Shown: in pieces, positions 17,667 to 28,051 of the stretch
Layout: each line of letters begins with the position of its first letter
Numbering within the stretch: position 1 is the stretch's first letter
NCBI GenBank assembly: GCA_963714015.1
Contig: OY970223.1
Coordinates: forward strand, 2,592,001 to 2,656,000
Direction: 5' to 3'
DNA length: 64,000 nt
DNA from: Vulcanimicrobiota bacterium
GTDB lineage: Bacteria; Vulcanimicrobiota; Vulcanimicrobiia; Vulcanimicrobiales; Vulcanimicrobiaceae
Notes under the pieces: generated by a model
The model's input: only the letters and a program-made list of their open reading frames with translations
Databases searched by the model: none
What the model was told of the DNA's origin: nothing
Position numbers and translations under genes: made by a program

Positions 17667-20604
17667 GCCCGGACCGCAGTTTTTGAACCACGGTGGCGAT
17701 ATCGCGGTCGATGGCGTCCATTTCCTGCGCGTACTGGTCGATCAGCGTGCGCTGGGCTAAAGTCGGAGCGCCGTCATACTGGAGGATTACGTGGCGCAGG
17801 TACGCGATCTGCTCCGAAAGACGAGCCGGCGACCGGTATCCGCTGGGATCGGCGTTGCGCAGCCGGTCGAGCAGCGCCGCGGATTGCGCCTGCTGACCGA
17901 ATTTTCGCTGGAACGACTCGAGCTGCGCTATACCCGCCTCCGCGCGTTCCTGCACCCCGGCCAAACGCTCCAAAGCGTCATATTGCTGCTGCAGCTGCGT
18001 CGCCTCGACGTGCTCTTTCGGATCGAGGTTCACGGTGACCGGCACGTTCATCCGATCGGCCCCCGCTTGGACGGAAAGCGTGTACTTTCCGGGAAGTACC
18101 GGCGGCCCGGCAATCGCCATCGGATAAAACACGTAATACGGTCGCGAATCTTGCACGGGTCCGGGGGACTGCGTGTTGAGATCCCAAGTAAAGCGATTCA
18201 TCCCCACATGAACCACGACGTCGAAAGCGTCGATTTGCGAACTACCCTCGTACACGCGCACGTGAGCGTACGATCGGCCGTTTCGCAAGGGCGGCGCTTT
18301 AGCGAGGTAGAGCGTCACGAGCGCGCCGTACGGTTTGTTTTCCGCGACGAATGCACCGCGTCCATGCTCGTGGAACGGCCAGCCCGCGTAGCGAAAGGCC
18401 GGCATGGGCGCAAACAACACGGCCCCTCGCCCTGCCGTTGCGGACCATTGCTGCAGCGGCGTGAGGTCGTCCAAGATATAGAAACCACGCCCATGCGTGC
18501 CGACGATCAAATCGTTGTCTCGCGGTTGGACCTGAAGGTCGTACACGGGCAAGTGCGGCAGCCCTAACCGCAGGTCACTCCAGTGCGCGCCGGAGTCAAA
18601 CGATACGAAGATGCCGCGTTCCGTGCCGGCGTACAGCAGATCGGGATTGCGCGGATCTTCGCGCAGCACGTGAACGTAACCGTTCAATCCGGCGGAAATC
18701 GGCTGCCATGTCGAGCCGCCGTCGGTCGTGCGAAACGCGTACGGCCGCGCGTCGTTCCATTGGTGACGATCGAACGCGGCATAGGCCACCAGAGAGCGCG
18801 AAGGCGACGCCGAGACGCACGAAACGCGCGAGGGCTGCGGTACTCCGCGAATGTTCGCGCTTACGTCCGTCCAATTTCGTCCGGCCTCGCGCGTGAGCTC
18901 GAGGTGTCCGTTATCCGTCCCGTACCACAGCGTCTTAGGATCGAGGGCATCTTCGGCTATCGACGTGATCGTGCAGAACGTCTCCGCGTTCGTGTTGTCC
19001 AGCGCGATTGGGCCTCCGCTCGGCGCCAGCCATGCCGGATCGCAGCGCGTTAGATCCGGACTGAACTGCGCCCAGCTTTGCCCTTCGTCGGGCGATCGAA
19101 AGAGCAGATTTCCACCGAAATATACGACGGACGGATCGAAATGCGAGAGCAGCAGCGGCGCGCTCCAGTTGAAACGGTACGTGAGGTCAATCGCTCCGCC
19201 GCCGAAAGGAACGATTGGTCTCGGGGAGATGTACTGCCGCGTTCCGGCACGCAGGTCGAGGCGCGCCAGATCGCCGAAATGCGTGTCTTCGTAGACGATG
19301 GAAGGATCGCGCGGATCGGCCATCGCGTATTGGCCGTCGCCCCAGTCTGCAATGTTTAACCACTCGCCGTTGCCCGCGGCATCGCTCTGGCTGAAGAGCG
19401 CGCTCGGCCCCCACCAAACCTCATGGTCCTGCAGTCCGCCCATAATATGGTACGGCTGTGCATAATCGAACCCGACGCGGTAGACTTGGTCGAATGGGAC
19501 GACGTCGTCGTTATTCCACGTGCGCCCGCCGTTCAGAGAATATTTGAAACCCATATCGCTGGCATTGAGCAGGCGCTGTGAATCGCGCGGATCGATCCAG
19601 AGATCGTGGTTGTCACCGCCGGCATCGTCGAATGGTTTGAAAGAATGGCCTGCGTCGCGCGATACTTCGACGGCGCTTCCCAGCGAATAGACTAGGCTCG
19701 GATCGCGCGGGTCGCAGCGCACCTGCGAGAAGTAGAACGGACGGAAATCGATGGACTGGCTCTTGTTACGCATTTGCCAGCGATCGCCGCCGTCGGTCGA
19801 TCGGTAAAGTAAACCGGTCCGCGAAGGAACCAGCGCGTAAATAATCCGTGGATTGCTCGCGCAGACACTCACGCCGACGCGGTCGATAGGCGCTTCCGGC
19901 AAACCGTTCTGAAGATGCGGACCGGTCAGTCGCGCCCACGTTTTGCCGAAGTCGTGCGAGCGGTAGAGCCCGCTGCCGGGACCGCCGCTTCGAAAGGTCC
20001 AAGGCTTACGCAGGTAATCGTACACTCCGGCGTAGACGACGCTGGGATTGCCAACGTCTAGTGCCAGATCGCTTCCTCCGGTCGTCGGATTGACGAAGAG
20101 CGTTCGCGTCCAATGTGCGCCGCCGTCGGTCGAACGGTAGATGCCGCGCTCATCGCCGGGCCCAAATTCGTCGCCCATGACGGCGACCAGCATTCGGCGA
20201 GGATCGCGCGGATCGAAGAGTATCTTGGCGATGCTGCCGGACTTTTCGAGGCCAAGATGCCGCCAATGCGTTCCGCCGTCATTGCTGCTCCAAAGTCCAT
20301 CGCCCGCATCTGCCGTATTGCGAGGAAACGGCTCGCCCGTTCCGATAACCACATGCTGCGGATTACGCGGATCGATCGCGATTGCGCCTACGGCACTGCT
20401 TTGGCCCGCTTCAAATGCTGAAGAAAACGTCAGGCCGCCGTCGGAGATTTTCCAAAGACCGCCGGAGGAATGACCGAGATAAACGATCTTCGGATTACCG
20501 GGAACGCCGGCGACCGCATCCAACCGGCCGCCCATCACAGCCGGACCGATCCAGCGGTAATGCAGATCTCCGAAAAGCAGTAAGACGGCGAGCAAGCTCC
20601 TCAC
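17653..20604 (-). CDS. VPS10/sortilin-like BNR (Asp-box) repeat glycosyl hydrolase-like protein
   Basis: YRWIGPAVMGGR and many SxDGGxxW Asp-boxes. The GTG start overlaps the stop of the upstream regulator. Confidence 0.85.
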   Translation of the reverse strand: MRSLLAVLLLFGDLHYRWIGPAVMGGRLDAVAGVPGNPKIVYLGHSSGGLWKISDGGLTFSSAFEAGQSSAVGAIAIDPRNPQHVVIGTGEPFPRNTADAGDGLWSSNDGGTHWRHLGLEKSGSIAKILFDPRDPRRMLVAVMGDEFGPGDERGIYRSTDGGAHWTRTLFVNPTTGGSDLALDVGNPSVVYAGVYDYLRKPWTFRSGGPGSGLYRSHDFGKTWARLTGPHLQNGLPEAPIDRVGVSVCASNPRIIYALVPSRTGLLYRSTDGGDRWQMRNKSQSIDFRPFYFSQVRCDPRDPSLVYSLGSAVEVSRDAGHSFKPFDDAGGDNHDLWIDPRDSQRLLNASDMGFKYSLNGGRTWNNDDVVPFDQVYRVGFDYAQPYHIMGGLQDHEVWWGPSALFSQSDAAGNGEWLNIADWGDGQYAMADPRDPSIVYEDTHFGDLARLDLRAGTRQYISPRPIVPFGGGAIDLTYRFNWSAPLLLSHFDPSVVYFGGNLLFRSPDEGQSWAQFSPDLTRCDPAWLAPSGGPIALDNTNAETFCTITSIAEDALDPKTLWYGTDNGHLELTREAGRNWTDVSANIRGVPQPSRVSCVSASPSRSLVAYAAFDRHQWNDARPYAFRTTDGGSTWQPISAGLNGYVHVLREDPRNPDLLYAGTERGIFVSFDSGAHWSDLRLGLPHLPVYDLQVQPRDNDLIVGTHGRGFYILDDLTPLQQWSATAGRGAVLFAPMPAFRYAGWPFHEHGRGAFVAENKPYGALVTLYLAKAPPLRNGRSYAHVRVYEGSSQIDAFDVVVHVGMNRFTWDLNTQSPGPVQDSRPYYVFYPMAIAGPPVLPGKYTLSVQAGADRMNVPVTVNLDPKEHVEATQLQQQYDALERLAGVQERAEAGIAQLESFQRKFGQQAQSAALLDRLRNADPSGYRSPARLSEQIAYLRHVILQYDGAPTLAQRTLIDQYAQEMDAIDRDIATVVQKLRSGHARF

Positions 20605-20951
20605 GGAGCCTGCAGTTCGTCCTCCGTGAGCTCGATCCAGCGTTCGGCCCAGCGGCCGATTTCGTTGAGCGCGGGGCCGAGTTCCATGCCGCATTCCGTG
20701 AGCTCGTAGACAACGCGTACCGGAGACTCCGGATATACGTGGCGCCGGACGACTTTGGCGCGCTCCAGTTCGCGCAGCCGCTCAGTCAATAAGCGGTCGG
20801 AGATTCCGGGGATGGCGGCGAGCAATTCGTTGAAGCGCCGCGGACCGCCCATGAGGGTGCGAACCACCGCTCCGGTCCAGCGGCGGCCGATAAGTTCAAC
20901 GGCCCGGTGATACCGCGGACAGAGATCGCCGCTCGTTGCAGCCGTTTGCAT
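20601..20951 (-). CDS. HxlR family winged-helix regulator
   Basis: CP...ELIGRRW...RRFNEL...PGIS.R.L..RLRELE...P.RV.Y.LT..G. Confidence 0.9.
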   Translation of the reverse strand: MQTAATSGDLCPRYHRAVELIGRRWTGAVVRTLMGGPRRFNELLAAIPGISDRLLTERLRELERAKVVRRHVYPESPVRVVYELTECGMELGPALNEIGRWAERWIELTEDELQAP

Positions 20952-21021
20952 ATCTATAGGCTATCATAAGTAAGTTTCTACGGACAAGGGTCGCCCCGCC
21001 GGGGATGCGTAGGAAAGGCCG

Positions 21022-22728
21022 ATGCTAGCACCTTCCCGCACGCTGCCGGCCGGCCACTTCTCCGACATTACCGCCGAACCGCCCGACCTTTACGCGCTGC
21101 GCGAGCAGTACGACCGAATCGAACGCGACCTGGACGCCGCACCGGATCCTCAGAGTGCGCTCGCAATCTTTACGCGCTGGGACGGATTGCGCAGGTCTTT
21201 CGCTACGTGGTCCGCCCTGGCGGACCTGCAATTCCGGCGCGACACGACGAACGCCGACTTCAAACGCGCCGTCGAGACGTTGAACGAACTTCGCCCGAAA
21301 GTCACCGGCTTGGACGTGACGCTCAAGCGCAAATTCTTGGCCAGCCCCATGCGTGCCGAACTCGAGCGCGAGCTCGGAGCCTATCTGTTCGAGCGCTGGG
21401 AAATGGACGTAACGGCGTACGACCCCGCGATCGAACCGCTCGTCGTGCAAGAGTCAAAACTCGAAGACGAGTACACGGCACTCCTTGCGCGGGCGTCGAT
21501 CGAGTTGCACGGAACGAAGTATAACCTCTCCGAGATCGGCAGGTTCGCAGAGGATCCCAATCGTGAAGTCCGGCGCACCGCCGAATTCGCCAGATGGGGA
21601 TTCTTTACGCAGAACCGCGAGACTCTCGACCGCATTTACGGCGACCTCGTGAAAGTGCGCACCAGCATGGCGCGCGATCTCGAACTGAACAACTTTACGG
21701 AGCTGGCGTACCGCCGCCTCACGAGAACTGATTACGGACCCGCCCAAGTCGCTCGCTGGCGGGAAGAGATTCTGCGCGAAATCGTTCCGCTCGCGCGCCG
21801 GATCGTCGAGGCGCAGGCGCGAGATCTCGGAGTCGACCGGGTCATGCTTTGGGACGAACGAGTCTTCAGCGGACAAGGATCGCCTAAACCGCCTCAGCGG
21901 TACGATGCAATGCTGGATGCCGCGCGCAGCGCATTCGACGGCCTGGGAAGCGAGATCGGCGCCTTTGCCCGCATGATGATCGATCGTGAACTATTGGACT
22001 TGCATGCGCGTGACGGCAAAGCCGGCGGCGGATTCTGCACCTCATTTCCGACGTACGGGCTGCCTTACGTCTTCGCAAACTTCAACGGAACGACGGACGA
22101 CGTGAACGTGCTGGTGCACGAGCTGGGCCATGCGTTTCAAAATTATTCGAGCCGCAACATCGCCGTTTCGGACTACATTTGGCCGACGTATGAGGCGTGC
22201 GAGGTGCACTCGATGTCGCTGGAGTTCTTTGCCTGGCCGCAACTGGAATGCTTCTTCGGCGGCGGCGCGCAGCAATCGCGCATCGAGCACCTCAAGTCCC
22301 GGCTGCTGAGTTTGCCGTACGCCGCGGCCGTCGACCACTTTCAGCATTGGGTCTACGAGCATTCCGACGCATCGCCCGAAGACCGGCGAGGCTTCTGGAA
22401 ACAGCTCGAATCAACGTACTTGCCCTGGCGCCGCTACGACGGAATCGAACATCTGGAGGGAGGCGGCTACTGGCAGACCCAGCGCCATATCTACTTCGCG
22501 CCGTTCTACTACATCGACTACACGCTGGCACTCTGCTGCGCGCTTCAATTCTGGGTGCGATCCCTGGACGATTACGACGGCGCGCTCGCGGCCTACACGG
22601 CGCTTTGCAAGCGCGGCGGCCAACTGCCGTTTCAGGCGCTCGTGCGATCCGCAGGCCTGCGCTCGCCTTTCGAAAGCGGCGTCTTGCACGACGTCGCCCA
22701 GCGCGCCGCGCAGATGATCGGAATTTGA
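21022..22728 (+). CDS. M3 family oligoendopeptidase (PepF-like)
   Basis: GKAGGGFC, HELGH zinc motif, EVHSMSLE and PFYYIDY. Confidence 0.92.
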   Translation: MLAPSRTLPAGHFSDITAEPPDLYALREQYDRIERDLDAAPDPQSALAIFTRWDGLRRSFATWSALADLQFRRDTTNADFKRAVETLNELRPKVTGLDVTLKRKFLASPMRAELERELGAYLFERWEMDVTAYDPAIEPLVVQESKLEDEYTALLARASIELHGTKYNLSEIGRFAEDPNREVRRTAEFARWGFFTQNRETLDRIYGDLVKVRTSMARDLELNNFTELAYRRLTRTDYGPAQVARWREEILREIVPLARRIVEAQARDLGVDRVMLWDERVFSGQGSPKPPQRYDAMLDAARSAFDGLGSEIGAFARMMIDRELLDLHARDGKAGGGFCTSFPTYGLPYVFANFNGTTDDVNVLVHELGHAFQNYSSRNIAVSDYIWPTYEACEVHSMSLEFFAWPQLECFFGGGAQQSRIEHLKSRLLSLPYAAAVDHFQHWVYEHSDASPEDRRGFWKQLESTYLPWRRYDGIEHLEGGGYWQTQRHIYFAPFYYIDYTLALCCALQFWVRSLDDYDGALAAYTALCKRGGQLPFQALVRSAGLRSPFESGVLHDVAQRAAQMIGI

Positions 22729-22730
22729 AA

Positions 22731-23576
22731 ATGGAAACGATCGCGTTCTACGGAGCGGGAATGCTCGGCTCCGGTTTCGTTCAAGCGTTGCGCAAGCGCG
22801 CGGTACCGGTGCGCGTTTGGAACCGCACGTTCGAGAAGGCTGAAGCGCTCGAAGCGTTCGGCGCCGTCGCATTCAAATCTCCGGCGGAAGCCGCTCGCGG
22901 AGCGGCTCGCGTGCACATCTGCCTCCGTGACGATGCTTCCGTGGACGAGGTCTTGGCTGCGGCCGCTCCCGGCATCGCCAAAGGAACCGCGGTCGTCGAT
23001 CATACGACGGTTCTGCCGAGCGGCGTTGCGGCGCGCGAGCAGCGCTGCGCCGCGAACGGCTTGGAATTCCTGCACGCGCCGGTGTTTATGGGTCCCCCGA
23101 ACGCCGCAGCGGCAACCGGTTTGATGCTGGCCTCCGGAGCGCGGAAGCGATTCGAGCAGCTGCGTCACGCGTTGGAACCGATGACCGGCAAAGTCTGGTA
23201 TTTGGGCGAGCCGGTCGACAAAGCGGCGACGTTCAAACTGATGGGCAACGCCATGATCCTCGCCGTCGTCGGTGGACTGAACGACGTATTCACGATAGCG
23301 CAAGCCAACGGTCTGAGCCGTCTCGAAGCCTTCGAACTCTTCGGCAACTACGATCCGTGCGCGCAGATTCAAGGACGCGGAAAACGCATGGCCCGCGAGG
23401 ACTACGAACCGACCTGGACGCTCGACATGGCGCATAAAGACGCGGAATTGATGCTCGAGAGCTCGGGCGGAGCTTCGTTGCCGGTCATTGCCGCGGTTGA
23501 AGCGGCGATGCGTGGACTGATCGATCACCGGCGCGAGCTGGCGGCTAAGGACTTGGCTGCGTTGTCGGCGCGGTAA
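22731..23576 (+). CDS. NAD(P)-dependent beta-hydroxyacid dehydrogenase family protein
   Basis: FYGAGMLG, WNRT, HAPVFMG, FKLMGN and HKD. Confidence 0.88.
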   Translation: METIAFYGAGMLGSGFVQALRKRAVPVRVWNRTFEKAEALEAFGAVAFKSPAEAARGAARVHICLRDDASVDEVLAAAAPGIAKGTAVVDHTTVLPSGVAAREQRCAANGLEFLHAPVFMGPPNAAAATGLMLASGARKRFEQLRHALEPMTGKVWYLGEPVDKAATFKLMGNAMILAVVGGLNDVFTIAQANGLSRLEAFELFGNYDPCAQIQGRGKRMAREDYEPTWTLDMAHKDAELMLESSGGASLPVIAAVEAAMRGLIDHRRELAAKDLAALSAR

Positions 23577-24012
23577 ACGGAAGCGGAGTCCGGCGCGGCG
23601 CCGGCGATCCGCTGAAGATCGGGCGTGGAGTGGGCTGCGGAGCCGGCGTAAAGACCGGAGTGGGCGCCACTTCGGGAACGGCCGGATTGAACGGCGTCGG
23701 CATCGCAAGCATGACGTGCGGCGTGCGGATCGCTATGCGCCGCAGCCGCGCATCGTACACGACGCTTACCCCAATCGTGCGCAAGAGCGGAGCAATTGCC
23801 ACGTATTCTGCCGCGGGGGCTTGGGCGAAGAGATCGCCGCGCCGCACGATGACGGTCTTGCCATCGTACTCGACGCCGGCTGCCGCGTCGATCACGAACG
23901 GATCGACCGGTGCCATGACGCGGCCGCGGACGATACAGGCTCGCTGGTAGGAATGAATGGGAACGCCATCGAGCATGACGGCGACGGTCGCACAAGCAAG
24001 TGGGAAAATCAC
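23545..24012 (-). CDS. Copper amine oxidase N-terminal (stalk) domain-like protein with a Pro/Thr tail
   Basis: V.LDG....GRVMAP...YV.IAPLLR.IG.SV.YD pattern. Confidence 0.5.
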   Translation of the reverse strand: MIFPLACATVAVMLDGVPIHSYQRACIVRGRVMAPVDPFVIDAAAGVEYDGKTVIVRRGDLFAQAPAAEYVAIAPLLRTIGVSVVYDARLRRIAIRTPHVMLAMPTPFNPAVPEVAPTPVFTPAPQPTPRPIFSGSPAPRRTPLPFTAPTTQPSP

Positions 24013-24039
24013 CGGTCCGCCGCGATAGTACAGACAGCG

Positions 24040-24912
24040 ATGCGGCTCATTTTAGCGTTCCGGGAAGCGGGCATGCGGTTCTCCCGCGACGGATGCGCAT
24101 TCTTGTCACAGGCCATCGCATTCAACGCGCTATTTGCAATCTTCCCGCTGCTTGTCCTCATCGTAACGGTAGGCTCGCTGATCTTCCCCGATGCCGACCA
24201 GCAAATCCTCAAGTTCGTCGACACGTTCGCGCCCGCGCTGCATCAAACGGTTGCTGCGAATCTACAGACGTACAAATACGGACGCGGCGTCTCGAGCTTC
24301 ATCGCTTTCGTCGTGGTGGTTTGGGCGGCAAAGAACCTCTTCATGGGACTGGCTTACGCCCTCAATCGGGCGCTGGCCGTTCCGCGCAGCCGCCCGCTGC
24401 TGCACGACCTTCTCCTCTCGATCGTGACGCTGCCCATCATCGGCGTCGTCATGATCTTCGCGATCGGGTTGCCCGTCGTCGTCTCGGTGATTTTCACTTA
24501 TGCGCATCTGAACGATCCGCAGAATCTTTCGAAGATTCTGGCCTATGCTATCTCCATGACCATGGTGTTCATCGTCGTCGTTTTTCTCTATACGTTTCTG
24601 CCGAACCGTCCGGTCAAGTGGCAGTTCGCGGTCCCCGGCGCTACGTTCGTTGCGATCGCGTGGCCCGTGGTACAGTTCGCCTTTGCCTTCTATACCGTTC
24701 ACGTCGATTTCACGCGCGTTTACGGCGCGCTTTCCGCGCCGTTGGTTTTGCTGCTGTGGTTTTATTTGATCGGCGTCATCTTCTTCTTCGGAGCCGAGCT
24801 TAGTGCGGGCTGGGCGCACCACAAAGGCACGGAAAGCGTTTCGCCGCTCGTCGACGCGATCAATCCGGGAGAGAAAACCGAGGCGAAGGCCGAAAGCGCG
24901 GCTCAAACGTGA
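24040..24912 (+). CDS. YihY/BrkB family membrane protein
   Basis: AIAFNALFAIFP, ALNR, LYTFLPN and YGAL...LLLWFY...GAEL. Confidence 0.9.
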   Translation: MRLILAFREAGMRFSRDGCAFLSQAIAFNALFAIFPLLVLIVTVGSLIFPDADQQILKFVDTFAPALHQTVAANLQTYKYGRGVSSFIAFVVVVWAAKNLFMGLAYALNRALAVPRSRPLLHDLLLSIVTLPIIGVVMIFAIGLPVVVSVIFTYAHLNDPQNLSKILAYAISMTMVFIVVVFLYTFLPNRPVKWQFAVPGATFVAIAWPVVQFAFAFYTVHVDFTRVYGALSAPLVLLLWFYLIGVIFFFGAELSAGWAHHKGTESVSPLVDAINPGEKTEAKAESAAQT

Positions 24913-25592
24913 CCATCGTCTTCGTTCACGGTGCAGGATTCGACGGGAGTGTGTTCGAGCAGATCTCCGCTTCGTTTCCCGGATCGCTTGCGCCCGATCT
25001 TCCTGGGCACCTGAAACCCGGCTCGCCGTCGACTATCGCCGAGTTTGCAGAATTTCTCGAAACATACGTCCGCGACAACGTTACGGACGACGCCGTCCTC
25101 TGCGGGCATTCCATGGGCGGCGCCGTCGTCATCGAAACGCTGCTGCGCGGTACTACTGCAGCCCGTGCCGCGGTGCTGCTCGGTTCCGGCGCGCGGCTCC
25201 GCGTGGCGCCTGCGGTACTGGAGCAACTCGAGGCGAATTATCCGGCCGCCGTGCAATCGCTCGTGCGGCACTTCTTTGCCGAGCCGCTGCAAAGCCGCTT
25301 GGATTGGGCCGCCGGATGCATGGAACGAATCGGACAAGCGCAGACGCTGCGGGACTTCCGCGCTTGCGATACATTCGAGGCGCTCGACCGCCTTGCCGGA
25401 ATCACCGTTCCGCTGCTGGCGCTTACCGGGGAAGCGGACCAAATGACGCCCCCCAAATACGCGCAGGCCCTTGCGGGCCGGGTTCCGCAGGGAGAAGCCC
25501 GAATAGTCCCCGGCGCCGGCCACTTCGTGATGGTCGAGCGCCCTGGCGAAACAACGCAAGCCGTCCGCGCGTTTCTGTCGGGAATCCCATAG
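24909..25592 (+). CDS. Alpha/beta hydrolase
   Basis: FVHGAG, DLPGH, GHSMGG and GAGH. Confidence 0.9.
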   Translation: MTIVFVHGAGFDGSVFEQISASFPGSLAPDLPGHLKPGSPSTIAEFAEFLETYVRDNVTDDAVLCGHSMGGAVVIETLLRGTTAARAAVLLGSGARLRVAPAVLEQLEANYPAAVQSLVRHFFAEPLQSRLDWAAGCMERIGQAQTLRDFRACDTFEALDRLAGITVPLLALTGEADQMTPPKYAQALAGRVPQGEARIVPGAGHFVMVERPGETTQAVRAFLSGIP

Positions 25593-25615
25593 TCGCGAAC
25601 TCGAAAGGACAACCG

Positions 25616-26630
25616 TTGCGCCGTCTCCCTGCCCTCCTTCTCTTCTGCTCGGCCGTTGTGTTGATCGGCGTCGCGCCGCCCAAGCGCACTCCTACGCCCG
25701 CGCCGACGCCGTCGGCGCCCGCTGCTGCGGCCTCGCGTGCGCCGATTCCGATGGTAGTGGTCTTTCCGTTTCAAACCAGCAGCGATCTGAAGATCCGACA
25801 CAGGGGAGAAGGCAGCCGAACTCTTCGTCCAGCAGATGAATGCCGCCGGCGGCGTAGACGCAATTTTGGCGCCGGCCACGATCCAACGCACCGACTTCCT
25901 TTCGTACACCCGAAAGTTGCAGGCGGATTACTACCTGATGGGCTACATGACCCCGCTCGGCGGCGGCGTTTCTCTCGTCGAACAAATCGTTTCAACTGAA
26001 AGCGGAACGATCGCCTACGGATCGACGGCGCAGATCGATTCATTCGAAGACGCGAGCTCTCAAGCGCTGCAGATGCACAGCGCAGTTCTGGCCATGGAGG
26101 AGAGCGACGCCGAGCGTTACGCTCAAGCGCAGGGCGAGTCCACCTCGACTCCCGGCCCGACGTCACAGACGAACGTCAGCAAAGGCCTTTCGGATATCGC
26201 CGGTCTCTTCAAGCGTCGCACCGCCACGCCGAAACCGGCGCTGATCAAAAAACCGGACAAGGGCGTATTCGTCGTTCGCGCAACGGGCTCGATTCCGGCA
26301 AATAATTTGAACGAAGCGACGCGCGCGCTCTACAGCGGACTAAGCGCACACTTCAATACGCACATGACCAGCGTCGTCCCCCATAATTTGGCGCAGCAAG
26401 CCGACGGCATCTGCGGAGCCAGCCGCGACAACACTATCGCCACCGGCTCACTTGCCGCGACGACGTCCCACCATGGTTTGGGCGAGCGCACGCAGTGGTC
26501 GTTCACGCTGGACATCTACACGTGCTTCGGCGCCAAACTTGCCGAAAGCCCCGGCGAGGGTGATTCGCTCGACGCCGCCGTCAAACAGGCCGTCGATGCT
26601 TACGCAGCATCGCATCCTCAGAACAGCTAG
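25616..26630 (+). CDS. Secreted hypothetical protein (apparent frameshift ~25795)
   Basis: AAGGA RBS, TTG start, signal peptide and PTP linker. The reading continues in the frame of the ORF at 25836..26630. Confidence 0.6.
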
Positions 26631-26644
26631 AATGCCGGTCGTCA

Positions 26645-27163
26645 TTACAGACTTTCGGAGTCGTCCAAAAGTCCTAAAGGCAAGTCGGCGATGATCCGCT
26701 TGGACGCGACGTCGACGGATTTGATGAATTCGCCGATCAACGGGACGAGTTTGCCGTTTACGACCAGCATATCCGAACTGGGATAGTGCTCGACCGCAGT
26801 CACGGTTCCTAACAGCTTGGCGGCGTGGTCGTAGACCCTGCAACCGGTCAGATCGCGATCGAGATACTCGCCCGGTTCCAAGACGATGCGATCGCGGTTC
26901 GCATAAAACATCGCTCCGGCATAGCCTTCCGCCGCGTCCGCCGTGTCGACGCCGGGCAGCCGAATGAGCAGGCGGTTCTTGTGTTCCCGAACGGCAGAAA
27001 TTTCAACGTTCCGCGAGGTGCCGTCGGGCAATTGCATGCGCAGCGTTTCGCCGGCAGAAAAAAGAGTGCGACCCGCGCTCGTCGGGTCGCACTTGAGTTC
27101 ACCACGGACGCCGAAGATCCCGGCGATGCGTCCTACCGGCAGCTCATCACTCGAGCTCGCCAT
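26645..27163 (-). CDS. rimM: Ribosome maturation factor RimM
   Basis: VGRIAGIFGVRGELK, EY...DL.GC, and position after rpsP-khpA. Confidence 0.92.
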   Translation of the reverse strand: MASSSDELPVGRIAGIFGVRGELKCDPTSAGRTLFSAGETLRMQLPDGTSRNVEISAVREHKNRLLIRLPGVDTADAAEGYAGAMFYANRDRIVLEPGEYLDRDLTGCRVYDHAAKLLGTVTAVEHYPSSDMLVVNGKLVPLIGEFIKSVDVASKRIIADLPLGLLDDSESL

Positions 27164-27692
27164 CATCCTCGCCGGTCGACGCGTCGTCTTCTTCGAACGC
27201 CTCCTCGGAGTCGAGAATCTCCACCGAAACCTTGCCTTCGGCGGTCGCGCGAACGATCGTACGCAGCGCTTGCGCGACGCGTCCGTTGCGGCCGATGACC
27301 TTGCCGAGATCCTCGCCATCTACGATCAGCTCGATCTGCGCTTGATATCCGTCCTCGGGCGGAAAATCGTCGACCGCAACTGCATCGGGCTTAGCGACTA
27401 GTTTTTTTGCCAGAAATGCGAGCAGCTCGCCCGCGCGCTTACGCGCGGCCTCCGGATCTGCAGGCTCGCGATGTTTTTCGAAGCGCTTGCCTTTGGCAAA
27501 TCCGCCCCGCGACCGCGGCGTCTGCGGCCGATCGCCGCCCGTGGCCCGGCGCCGGGGCGCCTCGTCTTCAGGCTCGATGTCGTCGATGATCGTTTCGTTG
27601 GTCGCGATCTTGCGCGCACCCAACGTCGAGCGGCGCTCGGACTCTTCGCCTTCTTCGCCGAAGAGACCGAATTCGTCATCGAACGCGCTCAT
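27147..27692 (-). CDS. khpA: KH-domain RNA-binding protein KhpA with a long N-terminal extension
   Basis: [18 protein letters not shown], located between rpsP and rimM. Confidence 0.85.
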   Translation of the reverse strand: MSAFDDEFGLFGEEGEESERRSTLGARKIATNETIIDDIEPEDEAPRRRATGGDRPQTPRSRGGFAKGKRFEKHREPADPEAARKRAGELLAFLAKKLVAKPDAVAVDDFPPEDGYQAQIELIVDGEDLGKVIGRNGRVAQALRTIVRATAEGKVSVEILDSEEAFEEDDASTGEDDGELE

Positions 27693-27985
27693 TGCCCGGC
27701 CGCTTCCGACTTCGGTTTGCGTTTCGTCTCGGGAATCGGCCCGCGCTCGACGAGGCCTTTCTCGGCAAACAACCGGCGGACGGTATCCGATGGCTGCGCG
27801 CCTTTGGCAAGCCACTCACGCGCCTTCTCTTCATTCACTACGACTTCGCGCGGTTCGGAACGCGGATTGTAGTGTCCGAGGATCTCGATGAACCGGCCGT
27901 CGCGCGGCGAGCGGGCGTCGGCGACCACAAAACGATACGTCGGTTGTTTCTTCGCGCCCATGCGCCTAAGTCTGATTTTAACCAT
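27689..27985 (-). CDS. rpsP: 30S ribosomal protein S16
   Basis: [34 protein letters not shown]. Confidence 0.99.
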   Translation of the reverse strand: MVKIRLRRMGAKKQPTYRFVVADARSPRDGRFIEILGHYNPRSEPREVVVNEEKAREWLAKGAQPSDTVRRLFAEKGLVERGPIPETKRKPKSEAAGQ

Positions 27986-28051
27986 TAGCCTTTATCCATT
28001 GAACGTTTTCGCGTAAAGCACGCGAGGGCTTGAGAGCAAACTTTAGGACGT

